Positions 50,874 through 63,650 of a stretch of DNA of 64,000 nt are shown in pieces. Below the pieces are notes generated by a model. It was not told the DNA's origin. It did no database searches and saw only the letters and a list, made by a program, of their open reading frames with translations. Origin of the DNA: Octopus sinensis (lineage: Eukaryota); NCBI RefSeq assembly GCF_006345805.1, contig NC_043019.1, forward strand, positions 5,269,360 to 5,333,359. Reading direction: 5' to 3'. Position 1 is the stretch's first letter. Every line of letters begins with the position of its first letter. A program made the translations under genes and the position numbers.

Positions 50874-51271
50874 AGGCGCAGGAGTGGCTGTGTGGTAAGT
50901 AGCTTGTTTACCAACCACATGGTTCCGGGTTCAGTCCCACTGCATGGCACCTTGGGCAAGTGGCTTCTACTATAGCCTCGGGCCGACCAAAGCCTTGTGA
51001 GTGGATTTGGTAGACGGAAACTGAAAGAAGCCCATCATGTATATATGTATATATATATGCGTGTGTGTTTGTGTGTCTGTGTTTGTCCCCTTAGCATTGC
51101 TTGACAACCGATGCTGGTATGTTTATGTCCCCGTTACTTAGCGGTTCGGCAAAAGAGACCGATAGAATAAGTACTGGGCTTACAAAAGAATAAGTCCCGG
51201 GGTCGAGTTGCTCAATTAAAGGCGGTGCTCCAGCATGGCCGCAGTCAACTGACTGAAACAAGTAAAAGAGT
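50874..51271 (+). mobile_element. SINE family A
   Basis: Same structure. Confidence 0.85.
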
Positions 51272-51729
51272 AACACTCCAGCCATGAACATCCTGTCTTT
51301 TGGTTGTCATGTTGTTAATCAGGTCTTATTTAGAACCATGCCATCCAGCCTGTCCCGTTTTAACCCTATGGCATTTAAACCAGCCATATCAGGCCAAAAT
51401 ATTCTACCTGTTTTATGTTAAAAATTGCCAGATCCAGCCTCTCACACCTCCTCTACAATGTTATCCAAAATCTCCAAAATCTCAAAACTATGAAATAATG
51501 CAGGATTAATTCAAAACAATGTGAACAAATAATAAGCATTACATTTGACAGAATAATCTGAATACTAAAGGGTTAAAGGTTGTGTATAGAGTGAGTTGAA
51601 GGAGATTTGGCAGCTATTTCTAGCATGTCAGGCAACTTTAGCTACTCTGCGACTTTGATACCCTATGGGTTGGGGTAACTAAAAGGCTGTGACCTTCATC
51701 TCTTTCTGTGCAGCATGAATACAAAATTG

Positions 51730-52125
51730 GGATCTTTTCGGTTTGAACGACAGTTTTAAAAAATAATTTCCACGTAACTAAACACTTTTAAACTTCGTAT
51801 ACTGGTAGAATGTGTTTATGAAACATCTTTTTCTCTTGGCTTTATTGAGAAAATTCTATAGTTTGTAAGATATTTGTTGTTTTTTTTTTTAAATTTCTGC
51901 AATTTTAACCAATCAATGACCGTCTATTGAGGTAAAAAAATATATTCTGTGCCGTATGAATATGTCCCTCGTTTAAGAAACAGATTGGGTTTATTTACAT
52001 TTGTGAAGAAAAAAAGATACCCTTTCCCCCACCCCTAACCCTAAAATAGTTTGAAATGCAATAGATCGATACTAGGGTCATAATTATGGGTGACAATTTC
52101 ATATGACACCGCTAGAAAAAGATCC
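51730..52125. mobile_element. GGATC MITE with internally deleted right TIR, TSD CAAAATTG
   Basis: TSD exact. Confidence 0.85.
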
Positions 52126-53159
52126 CAAAATTGAAAGTTGGTCAGTCAAAATTTAGGCCAAATGCTCACACTCTGTCACAGAAAAGGTATTGTAGAAGAA
52201 TGGTATGCATCTGTTGTTTCTGACAATGTGATAAAAAAAAAGGGGGAGGGAGAGGGTATTTTATCAGAACTGATTTAAGCCGTTATGAGTAGTCCTTGCA
52301 CTTATGAAGGGGTTTCACTCATCCAGGTTCCCCTGCATCAGAGAAAAAGCAAAGCCACCATGTGTCAGGGGTTAGCAATGTTAAGACATGCTGCTGGCTT
52401 CATTGCTTATGAAACAGGTGATTCTTTATTTTCAGAGTTGATGAAAAATGCTGATGCTGTCATCACCGTTGGCAACACTAACTTGTATCCAGGTGGTTAA
52501 TTTGTAGTGAGTAATTGTGCCTCTTCTTCTTGATGGGTGTGGAGGGTGCTGGTGTGTGAGGTGGCTGTTCAGGCCAAGGGCAGTATAGAAGAGCCAGGGG
52601 AATCTATCACAGGGTAGGGTTGACAGGGGACAAAGAAATGTGAGTCCCTCTTTGTGTCTTTGACGTCTGTTATTTTCCATTTGGTCCCTTCCCTTAACTT
52701 TGGCATGCTGCCAATTTGGGGGATGTTATAGAGAATAGATTAATTACAAGTTTTTATTTAATTAAAAACAGAAAAAATTATTTCATTTAATCATTTTTCC
52801 ATTCATTGAAAATAAAAAACTGATTCTACATTCTTTTTGCTTTTCACTTATTGGGCTATGGCCATGCTGGGGTGTTACTGGTCTCTATTTGTTGAAGTGC
52901 TAAGTTACGATAAGTAAAGGGGAACATGACATAAACACACAAAGGTTTGGTGGTTATAATGAGAGAAATAGAACTCAATATGCAAAATAGAGCACATATA
53001 GAAATACACACACACCTCATTGGTGCTGGTATGACATAAAAAGCACCCAGTCCACTCTGTAAAGTGGTTGGCATTAGGAAGGGCATCTACCCATAAAAAC
53101 CATGTGGCGCCTGATGCAGCCCCCTGGCTTGCTATCTATCTATCTGCTCAGTCGAAGTC

Positions 53160-53450
53160 GACTCTCAGTTACTCGTTGGATCAGTGTCCTCCAGTCAGTT
53201 CTATCCTGGGCCGCTTCCTTCAGATTGACTATGTCCATTCCGGTATCACTCTCGATGGTATCAAGCCAGCGGGTTCTTGGTCGGCCTCTTCCTCTCTTGC
53301 CACTGACCATTCCGAGCATGATGTCCTTCTCCAGGGATTTTCTCCGCATGATATGACTGCAATATGCCAATCTACGCTTGGTTATCCCAGCTTCTAGCGA
53401 CATTTTCGGCCTGATCTGCTTAAGAACTTCTCCATTGGTGAGCCTCGCTG
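53160..53450 (-). mobile_element. RTE/BovB-like LINE 3' end
   Basis: RRL.Y..HIMRR.SLEKDIMLG.V.GKRGRGRPRTRWLD.I...AQDR..WR. Confidence 0.9.
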
Positions 53451-54316
53451 TCCATGGAATCCATGGCTTGCTAGCTCCTGTCAAACTGTCCAATCCACAC
53501 CAGCATGGAAGACAGATGTTAAATATTGATGATGATGATGATGGCATGTTTTCCACACAACTTCTGTCCATCAAATTCAACTCACAACAAGTCACTGGTC
53601 AGCCCAATAATTCAATAGTCTATATGCACAGACAGACAGACATCCACACCTGTTCAAAACATTTCAGGTGTAAAATGTAGTCATTAATTTCAGCAAATTA
53701 AGTCACCAATAAAAATTAACATGCTTCGTTAGTCACCAATTAGTAGGGACCAGAACCAATGATGACAGTGGACAGTAGAGTTAGTTAGGTAGTGGACAGA
53801 GGAGTCAGTTTTATCTGACCAGTAGACTTTGTGGCTTGTGTTAGACCATTAAACTGTAACACTATTTCTGTCCTTGGGTAGCAACTGTTATTCCCTATTT
53901 GCTGACCCCTAGAAACTATGAAAAACGGCTAATGTTTCCTTCAGATTTTGCTTTTGTTACTTTTATTCAAATCCCAAAGAATCCCCTTCAACAAATGGCT
54001 ATGATACTCCCCCACTACTCCTGCTCATGATCAGAAATGCATGTTCCACTAAGGGACATACTCAAGTGGTTAAGGTCAAGCAATTGACATGCAAATCTGT
54101 GGTATTGAACAGAATATTTGCTGTAATGATATCTCTGCTTTGGCAATTCAGTGCTGAATCTGTTGGAAATGTGATGGAAATCAGGTGAATTTCAAAACAT
54201 TGATGTCCAGGTGACAAAAGCAAAGTCTGAAGGGAATAGTTGTCGTTTCCTTTGATTTACAGAATAGAAGCAGAGGAAAGAACATTTCCTGACAAAAAAA
54301 AAAAAAAAAAATGTTA

Positions 54317-54718
54317 CAGGCGCAGGAGTGGCTGTGTGGTAAGTAGCTTGCTTACCAACCACATGGTTCCGGGTTCAGTCCCACTGCGTGGCACCTTGGG
54401 CAAGTGTCATCTACTATAGCCTCATACTGACCAAAGCCTTGTGGGTGGATTTGGTAGATGGAAACTGAAAGAAGCCCGTCGTATATATGTATATGTATAT
54501 ATATATGTATGTGTATGTGTTTGTCCCATCCAACATCACTTGTCAACCGATGCTGGTGTGCTTACGTCCCCGTAACTTAGCGGTTCGGCAAAAGAGACCG
54601 ATAGAATAAGTACTAGGCTTACAAAGAATAAGCCCCGGGGTCGATTTGCTCGACTAAAAGGTGGTGCTCCAGCATGGCCACAGTCAACTGACTGAAACAA
54701 GTAAAAGAGTAAAAAGAG
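54317..54718 (+). mobile_element. SINE family A
   Basis: Same structure. Confidence 0.85.
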
Positions 54719-54854
54719 TGTTAGCGAAGCAGTAATCAATGAAGTGAGAGTTAATTATGTCCGTCCAGTGTCAACTGGTCAATAAAGCCACCGACTCAGT
54801 GACTGGTGTGAACCCTGAACACTGACAGTATTGGTCCCATCTTATTTTTAACAG

Positions 54855-55623
54855 GCAGCAAGCTGGCAGAATCGTTAGCACGCCAGGCGAAATGCTTAGT
54901 GGTATTTTGTCTGCTGCTACGTTCTGAGTTCAAATTCTGCCGAGGTCGACTTTGCCTTTCATCCTTTCGGGGTCGATTAAATAAGTACCAGTTATGCACT
55001 GGGGTCGATGTAATCGACTTAGTGTCTTTCTCTGTCCTTGTTCGTCCCCTCTGTGTTTAGCCCCTTGTAGGTAGTAAAGAATTAGGTATTTTGTCTGCTG
55101 CTACATTCTGAGTTCAAATTCCGCCGAGGTCGATTTTGCCTTTCATCCTTTCGGGGTCGATTAAATAAGTACCAGTTACGCACTGGGGTCGATGTAATCG
55201 ACTTAGTCTCTTTCTCTGTCCTTGTTTGTCCCCTCTGTGTTTAGCCCCTTGTAGGTAGTAAAGAATTAGGTATTTTGTCTGCTGCTATATTCTGAGTTCA
55301 AATTCCGCCGAGGTCGATTTTGCCTTTCATCCTTTCGAGGTCGATTAAATAAGTACCAGTTACGCACTGGGGTCGATGTAATCGACTTAGTCTCTTTCTC
55401 TGTCCTTGTTTGTCCCCTCTGTGTTTAGCCCCTTGTAGGTAGTAAAGAAATAGGTATTTTGTCTGCTGCTACATTCTGAGTTCAACTTTGCCTTTCATCC
55501 TTTCGGGGTCGATCAAATAAGTACCAGTTACGCACTGGGGGTCGTAGTAATCAACTTAGTCCCTTTCTCTGTCCTTGTTTGTTCCCCCTATGTTTAGCCC
55601 CTTGTGGGCAATAAAGAAATAAG
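54855..55623 (+). mobile_element. Family-B SINE, head plus four bodies (184-bp period)
   Basis: Units start at 54901, 55085, 55269 and 55453. Confidence 0.9.
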
Positions 55624-57074
55624 TATTAGTCCCATCAATCTTAGACAAGACACTGGGCCAAGACAGTATCAAAAATACTACACCCCATACTAACCCACCC
55701 AATCCCTTGCTTAAAACTACCAGCACCTCCCTAACAACCCACCCTGCACCTATGAAAAAGGTAAACCAAGTGATAAGAAAGCCTTAATCTTTTAGCCTTT
55801 AAACTGGCCATATCCAGCCCAAATATTCTGTTTTATGTTCAAACCAGCCAGGGATCAGGCCTCTCACACCTACCCTATAATGTTATTCTAAAATTATACA
55901 ATTACGTTATTGAAATGTCAAAGCTGAAAGTTAATGCATGATTAATTCAAAACAGTGTGAATAAATAAGCATGACATGTAACACAATAACCTGAATGCAA
56001 AGGGTTAAGCATGCGACTTACAACCCAGACACCCACCCATCTCTGTCCCTCATCATCATTGGTGGTTCAACAACACTAACAGATGGACTAAATAAACAAC
56101 CCCCCCCCCCCACAACAAAAACGAAAGTGAAACTACAACAACAACAACAACAAAAGCTATGTAGATATTTAATGATGGCTTGTAAAATAATTTCACAAAC
56201 GAGAATACAAATAAATAAATACATCCTACATTGTACTGGGTGGAGGGGTTAATCTTTTTAATTGTAGTTAGGGATATGTCAGTTTAAAGGAAGCACATGG
56301 CTTAGTGGTAAAGGTGTTGGACTCATGATTGTAAAATTGGGGTTTCAATTCCTGGACCGGGTGATACATTGTGTTCTTGAGCAAAACACTTCATTTCATG
56401 TTACTCCAGTCCACTCAGCTGAAAAAATTAGTCACCCTGCGATGGACTGGTGTCCCGTCTAGGAAGGAATATATATGTCACAGAAACTGGGGCCCTATGC
56501 TCCTTGTGGACTAAGCAGCCAACTCCCTCCCCACTGGTCTAAAGGAGTTGATACCCTGCAGAGTTATCTCTCTATATATAAACGGCAAAATGTCTGTGTG
56601 TGTGTCCTTTATACAAATCCACAATTTTTCAGTTAGAGGGCTTGCACTTTCTATGGTCATTCAAAACCGTCCAAGGGTGGTCGTGCACATCTTTACATTT
56701 CCCCAGTCACCCACAAAGCCATTAAAAAATCTATAGAAGTGACTTTTTTATGAATTTTCTATCCAAAACCCAATCAAAATGCCTGAAACTTGATACGCCA
56801 ATTGAATGCCAGCTAGCTGTATGTGATTGGTCGGAGATTTGGACAGTACTCACGTGTATGTGCATGCACTAGCACTATGACCTGGCGTACTGCAGTACTT
56901 GTTGGTTATAAAACATTGCCACAACACCTACTTGGTAGTGAGTTGCACCATCATAAACCACAAGGTACCTACTTAGAGGAAGGTGGACTGTGCCTCCCCA
57001 TGGTTCATAATCATACACTTTAGGTGAGGTAACAAGAGAATCTCTTTGTTGTCACTTGCTCTGCTAAAAATAGC

Positions 57075-57570
57075 AACCAAATTTCCTACCAAGAGGACAC
57101 ATATAATTCACCATTGAGAATTCATGGAAGAATTCAACAATGACTGCCTCCTGTGCATTCTTCGCTGCCGTCGGGTGGATCGAGTTCCCACCGCCAATCT
57201 CTGACTTCGCCTGTCTCTGCGGCCCCTTCCATCTGTCCTTCTGCAACGGCGCTTGCAGTGGTTTGGCCATGCATGTAGGCGTCTGGTGGGTGAACTGAGC
57301 TGTGATGACCTTCTCCCAACTGGCGGAAACGCATGGGCGGGCAGCTGAAGACCTGGGCTACGACGATCAAGGAGGAACTCTCCGTGCTCACGGGACCGCA
57401 GGTGGTTGGCCTGTGCTGATGGAACAGTGATTGGCTTGCTATCTCCAGCGAACTGGCGCAGGACCGTCGTGCATGGGCTGCCATGGTTTGAGATGCCTCG
57501 AGGGTGGTAGAAGAAGCCGACTCAACCCGCCCAGGGTGAATGTTGCCACAAGTACAAGTAAGTACGCATT
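57075..57570 (+). mobile_element. RTE-X-like LINE 3' end, degenerate
   Basis: EFNNDCL..ILR...RRLQWFGH..RR; CAAGTA-type tail. Confidence 0.75.
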
Positions 57571-59208
57571 ATATAATGTACTCTTAAACTCCTCCTGCCA
57601 CGAAAATAGATGGGATGGTTGCGACAGGAATGTATTTGACTGAAGGTCTGCTTGTCCACGACTGACTTGGGGTAAAAACACACCATCCCATAACCACCGA
57701 GATGTATCACACTTTACCATGTACAGCAATGTGTGTTACAGTTCCTCATGATACCTGGGTAGGCTGCAACTCATCATGGTATCTAGTAATAGTTACATTG
57801 GTTTCAAATTTTGGCACAAAGTCAATCAATTATGGGGGAAGGGTCAAGTCAATTATGTTGACCCCAGCACCCAACAGCACCAAAAGGAAGAAAGGCGAAG
57901 TTGACCTCGGTGGAATTTGAACTCAAAAAGTAAAGACAGATGAAATGCCACTAAATATTTTTACAAGAGTGCTTGCAATTCTGCTAGCTTGCTATTTTCA
58001 TCATCATCATCATTGTTTAGCGTCTGCTTTCCATGCTAGTATGGATTGGACGGTTCAATTGAGGTCTGGGAAGCCAGGAGGCTGCACCAGGCCCAGTCTG
58101 ATCTGGCAATGTTTGTACGGCTGGATGCCCTTCCTAACGCCAACCACTCTGTGAGTGTAGTGGAAGCTTTTTACGTGCCAGACGAGGCTGGCAAACAGCC
58201 ACGGTCGGATGGTACTTTTTATGTGCCACCAGCATGGAGGCTAGGCGAGGCTGGCAACGGCCACGATTGGATGGTGCTTTTTACGTGCCACCAGCATGGA
58301 GGCCAGTCGGGGCGGCGCTGGCAATGGCCATGTTCGGATGGTTCTCTTATGTGCCACCAGCACTGTTATCACTGCTACAATTTCCATTGATGTTGATCGA
58401 TGTCGATTTGATTTTCACTTGCCTCACTTTAGTTAGTTATATTGACAACTTCTTGTGGTACCTACTTATGAGTTAGGTGGACTGCACTTTATCATGGTAC
58501 CTCTTTTCAGACAGACTGAAATCTATTACTGCTATATATCTAAAGGTAGGTGGACCTTACAGTGATTAAAGTTAGAAGGGTAGCATATCCCATGGTACTT
58601 ATTTATAGGCAGAAAAGCAGTTTCTTCTTACAACATCTATTTTACATGAAGATGAATTTGTTCTGTTTTGGGCCCTTAACTCCTCATAAGGTCATAGAGG
58701 TGTTATTGTGAAATATGGTGTGCCACAGGCAATTTAAAACCTGATGGAAACCTATCCGTCTCCAGGTCTGAATACAGTGAATTTCTTCTAGAAAGAGAGA
58801 AGAATCAACATCTGTATTTGACTGGTACTCTGTTGACCCCAAAAGGATGAAAGGTAAAGGTAAAGCTAATCTCAGTGGGATTTGAACTCAGAGTACAGAG
58901 AGCCGGAATGTGGATGAACAAAACCAAGGATTAAGTGTATTTGGTCATGAGTAGTGCACTCGTAATGGGAGTGAGAAGGCCACAAATGATGGCACCTCTC
59001 AACGGTTAGATGGTCTTGGCTACAAAGAACGAAATGTCCTTTGGTCACAAAGTGGTGGTGGTGGTGGGGGCAAGGAAGTTGGAAATCTTAATGGAAATAA
59101 AATGCAGAAACAGAAGAGAAGAGAACACGATAACATTTCACAGACAACACCAGACAAATATCAAACACGAAGAGAATGGAAGAATTTTAAACACACAATT
59201 CTACAAAC

Positions 59209-59337
59209 CCGAGCTAGTTTGATAATCTCTCGAAAGTTATCAACCATCGATTTCACGTCATCTTTCAGGCGTTTGTTGTAGGATCTGAGCAGAGCTTCTT
59301 TGCTTTGGGGTAGAACTCTTTGAGGGTGTCCCGACAT
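59209..59337 (-). CDS. MED22: MED22 coding exon 1 ([43 protein letters not shown])
   Basis: Matches MED22/SURF5 [17 protein letters not shown]; donor CGG|GTTTGT; upstream acceptor ctctcag at 59369 implies a 5'UTR intron; missed by ORF track. Confidence 0.95.
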
Positions 59338-59632
59338 AATTATACGTTCATGTGGTGATTAAGATAATCTGAGAGAAGAGGAAAATAATAAAAAAAGAAA
59401 CAATAAATGAAATATCTGAGACGAGTTGTAAAAAAATATTATAATTTATCAAGAGCATTCTTCTTTTGTTCTTCTTACAGCATTCACCCGGGGTGGGTTG
59501 AGCTGGCTTCATTCATCCTCAATGCTGCATCTCTCACAAACGCCGACCAGGCCTGGCAATTTGAGGCTAACGACCACGTGATCTCCAACCATTCCTTATT
59601 CCAGCGACGAACGCAGTAGATATGGGAGCCTA

Positions 59633-60150
59633 GGTTGGGTTCCAGATCAGCCTTGACTGTCATCAGTCAGGTTTTTCGTTGTCCACCACATCGCTTTCGC
59701 CAACCCTGAAGGGGAGCTGGGGCAATTGCTTCGTGGGTTGGGTTCAAGATCAGCCTTGACCGTCATCAGCCAGGTTTTTCGTTGTCCACCACATCGCTTT
59801 CGCCAACCCTGAAGGGGAGCTGGGGCAATTGCTTCGTGGGTTGGGTTCCAGATCAGCCTCGACTGTCATCAGCCAGGTTTTTCGTTGTCCACCACATCGC
59901 TTTTGCCAGCCCTGAAGGGGAGCTGGGGTAATTGCTTCGTAGATGCATTCTCCTGGCTGACGACGGAGGGCATGACCCAGCCAACGCAGGTGTCTCGTTA
60001 GGATGACTTGTCGGAGGGAGGTGATTCTGCACTGGTGTCGCACCGAATTGTTGGAGACAAAGTGATGCCATCGGACACGAAGGATGCGGCGTAGACAGAG
60101 GTGATCAAAGGATTCTAGTTGCTTAATATCTTCCACCCTCATTGGCTTTT
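59633..60150 (-). mobile_element. RTE-like LINE fragment with a 103-bp internal unit x3 (59633-59941)
   Basis: LESFDH.CLRRILRV.W...RHLRWLGH.LRR...GGQRKTW. Confidence 0.85.
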
Positions 60151-60734
60151 GGAATGTCAGATCCCTGATGCATGAAGAAACACAGGCACTAATGATGCAC
60201 ACTCTATCCAAATATCAAGAGCATTTTAGATTAATGAAAGAAATGAGAAATAAGGAAAGCTTTTAACAAAGCAGAAATTTTTAAAAACCTTTATGGGTGC
60301 AAAGGCTTATGATCCAAAGGGTAGCTGCTGCTACTAACACCAGCACTGGACTACCTGAAATGGCAGTATCTATATAAATACATATTGAGGTGGTGAGCTG
60401 GCAGAAACGTTAGCACGATGGGCGAAATGCGTAGCCGTATTTCGTCTGCCATTACGTTCTGAGTTCAAATTCCGCCGAGGTCGACTTTGCCTTTCATCCT
60501 TTTGGGGTCGATAAATTAAGTACCAGTTATGCACTGGGGTCGATGTAATCGACTTAATCCGTCTGTCTGTCCTTGTTTGTCCCCTCTGTGTTTAGCCCCT
60601 TGTGGGTAGTAAAGAAATAAGTATCTATATAAATACATATTTCTTTGACTGTAGTCTTCTGAAGATAGGTCTTTGTACCTGAAATATTAAGTTTTTTAAA
60701 AAAACTTTCTGCATTGTTAGAAGCTAACCTTACT

Positions 60735-60965
60735 GTCAAGGTATTGGTTGCTCTCCAACAGGTTTGTGATTGAGTCTGTGGCGGTGGAGATCTCTGGCAT
60801 TCTTGGCCCCTGGACCATATCCCTGCTCACTGCTATCAAGGCAGAGATGGCTGTCTGCAAGTGCAAGCCCAGTGAGTCAGAGTGCCTGTTCCACTGCATC
60901 TCCCTTGCCGTCCTGTGGGGCAACACCTTTTCCAGCTTGTCTGCTGGGGCCATAAGAAGGGTTTC
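60735..60965 (+). pseudogene. RLE-class non-LTR retrotransposon C-terminal remnant
   Basis: F....VE..G.LGP....L......LF..ISLAV.WGN pattern, resembling QR.S.A.QRGN. Confidence 0.55.
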
Positions 60966-61119
60966 TTAATAAAGATATATAAACAAGAAAAAATAAATAA
61001 ATAAAAAAAAAGATTAAGAATTTCTCATTTCATTCATTATTCTGCTACTCTTATAATTTACTTTTTAATTATTAATCTCATCTTATGACATAAATCAACA
61101 TCATCATTTGCTGAATGTG

Positions 61120-61450
61120 CATGGCTCAGTGATTAGAGCGTCGAGCTTATGATCATGAGGTTGTGAGTTCGATTCTCGGATCGGGCTGCATGTTGTGTTC
61201 TTGAGCAAGACACTTTATTTCATGTTGCTCCAGTTCACTCAGCTGTAGAAATGAATTGTGACATCACTAGTGCCAAGCTGTATCGGCCCCTTTCCCTTTC
61301 CTTTGGATAACATTGGTGGCGTGGAGAGGAGAGGCTGGTATGCATGGGCGACTGCTGGCCTTCCACCAACAATCTTGCTCGGACTTGTGCCTGGGAGGGT
61401 AACTTTCTAGGTGCAATTCGATGGTCATTCATGACCGAAGGGGTCTCCAT
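61120..61450 (+). mobile_element. tRNA-head SINE family E (GCATGGCTCAGTG.TTAGAGC...CTTGAGCAAGACACTT)
   Basis: Relatives at about 1095-1340 (-) and 56290-56480 (+). Confidence 0.7.
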
Positions 61451-62050
61451 GTCCTGCTTAGGAAATTCACAGTACTCAGGTTGTCAAAACAATGAACATA
61501 TGGAGGGAACAAATCACTTCAGTAATAAATCACTTAAACTGATATTTTTACTTCTTATTTTAATGGTATTAAAGTTCAAAAACAGAAAAATATAACCGAG
61601 GGGGGTGTAGTCCTATTTCACACTTAGGGGGTTTATTCCTAGGAGGGTTTTGTCTGGATCCCAGTTTAGCCCAGTATGATTATATTCACTGGAGGTAATA
61701 ATTTGTTGGCAACGCCAGGTCTGCCCTGATATGTAATTTTTCGTTTCCAGGGACGCAACAAAATAAAAGTGTTTACCTTGTCAAAAGTGGAGCTGAAAGT
61801 GTTTTCTTTTGCAAAAATGTAAAAACTGTTTTCCTAGAAAATGAAATTATATTAATTCTTTAGCATTCCAGATTATTTATTCTTGGTTTGTTGAATTAAT
61901 CTTGCATTACCTCATAACTTCGAGATTTGAATGATGCGATTCTTTATTTTTAGAATGAGATTGTCGGACAGGTGTGAGAGGCTGAATCTAGTCACTTTGA
62001 ACATAAAACATAGAAATTTGGGCCTGATATTACCTGTTCAAATGCTAAAA

Positions 62051-62475
62051 CAGTGATTCCCAACTTGGGACATATACCCCACCGATGAAGCCTGATGCCA
62101 TAGTCGCCAGGCACAGAGTTCTCATTAAAGGGATTCACTTTTTTATATATATGGGGTGGTGGTGGTGTTAGGGTTTGTGTTAGAGTTAGGGGTGGGAGAA
62201 AAGGGTTTCTGTTATCTTCAGAAATGTAAACAAAGCCACTTCAGGTACTTACGGTACCTAAACCGAAGGATAGCCCTTTTTTTTTATATTAGTCACTAGA
62301 GTACATTTTTTTTGGACTCAGCACTTAGAAGAATTATCGGTAGATTCTCTAGTATTTAAATAATTGTGATAAAGTATTTAAAATAAAGTGTTTTTTTCCA
62401 ACCACTGGTAGGGCATACGTTTTTATGGACCGTTGTAAAGGGGTCTGGGGTGGTGGAATAGGTTGGGAAACACTG
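62051..62475. mobile_element. Old hAT/Charlie-like MITE (CAGTGATTCCCAAC...GTTGGGAAACACTG)
   Basis: 14-bp TIR with one mismatch; TSD degenerate. Confidence 0.45.
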
Positions 62476-63133
62476 TGCGAAGGAGTGTCCGTCAACTTAA
62501 GCCGAGATTATTAAAAACATCTTTTTCATCAAAATTATGGCCTACATCTTCGCGTACAATTAGTCTCATATTCAATGGAGTTTGAGGCATTATGTATTTC
62601 CTAAAGATGGAACTGAAGAATTATGGACAGTTTAGATCCTTTTATCACTTGGACTTAAATAAATAATAATGTGCATTTTTCAACCAAGGAAAACAAGTTC
62701 ATTTTTGACAATGGGACCTTGGACCGGACCATGTCCAACGATCTAGTATACTTGTGATTAAAAGCGTTCCGACCGCGATCATCCCGGCTTTCTTAAATTT
62801 AGGAGTATAATATCCAAACACGTTCCCTCTTTTTTAAACGGTCAGCGGTGGTGCCCCAGCATGGCCGCAGCGGCCTTCGGGCTAAAACATTTTTAAGGAT
62901 TTAAGGATTGTTGAATGTAATTTGGCTGCTATTTCTGCAGTCTTCTTGATGGATCGCTAATCTGATTGGTTAAATGCTTCATCAGAACCAATTTTGACAA
63001 CCCAGGCATTATACAATCGACAGAGTGGTCACGGATTTTGGTTTCTAAGCTGAAGAACACGAATGGAATTTATAGAGAGAGGGGGGATGAATTACTGATG
63101 GATATATGCATATTATAAACACAGAATACTTAC

Positions 63134-63230
63134 AAATAGTGACCACCCTCGAGGAAAGTTCAGGTCTTGTAAGGAAAACCCGGTTTGGAAAGGTTTTAAT
63201 GGGGTTCAAAATATTTTTGTTGTTGACACT
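63134..63230 (-). other. MED22: Probable non-coding first exon of MED22
   Basis: TTT|GTAAGT donor at 63133 in unique, locally CpG-containing sequence; coding exon 1 needs an upstream exon; 5' boundary uncertain. Confidence 0.5.
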
Positions 63231-63421
63231 TCCGGCGGAAATGAGGATGTAGTTAGTTTCGATGTAATTAGTGATAAAATAATATTTTTAATAGGAAATT
63301 AAGATTATATTTTGTGATCAAATTTCTAATATCTAAAATAAATTCCATTCATATTATATGCAATAATATTAATAATATAATAGGGCTGTTTGTAAAAATT
63401 ACATACACGATATTCCTGATA

Positions 63422-63452
<31 letters not shown>

Positions 63453-63640
63453 CAAATTTAGATTTATTTACATTAAATAATATCATGCAATAATAAAAAA
63501 AGTTATTATTTATTTTGTTTCTTTCTTTTAACATAATCTCTGTCTTGGAGTAAATTTGTGAATACGGAAATGTGGCTTCAGAATAATCTAGAAACCTAGC
63601 TCTGTTTAATTCGGCCACCTATCGGCCTTTTTATCTTAGG
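63134..63640. promoter_or_regulatory. Putative bidirectional promoter with ETS site (CCGGAAGTG, 63227-63235) and TCT initiator (63626-63632)
   Basis: Motifs read directly; divergent first-exon donors at 63133 (-) and 63651 (+). Confidence 0.55.
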
Positions 63641-63650
63641 ACTCATCATG
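63627..63650 (+). CDS. First exon (5'TOP + ATG only) of a probable ribosomal protein gene; RPL7A is a candidate
   Basis: cCTTTTTATCTT TCT/TOP motif, then ACTCATCATG|GTAAGT; only the start codon (63648-63650) is coding in the window. Confidence 0.6.

Noticed and set aside
54901-55623. CRISPR or satellite gene array
   Set aside because: Units are whole SINE bodies with no unique spacers.
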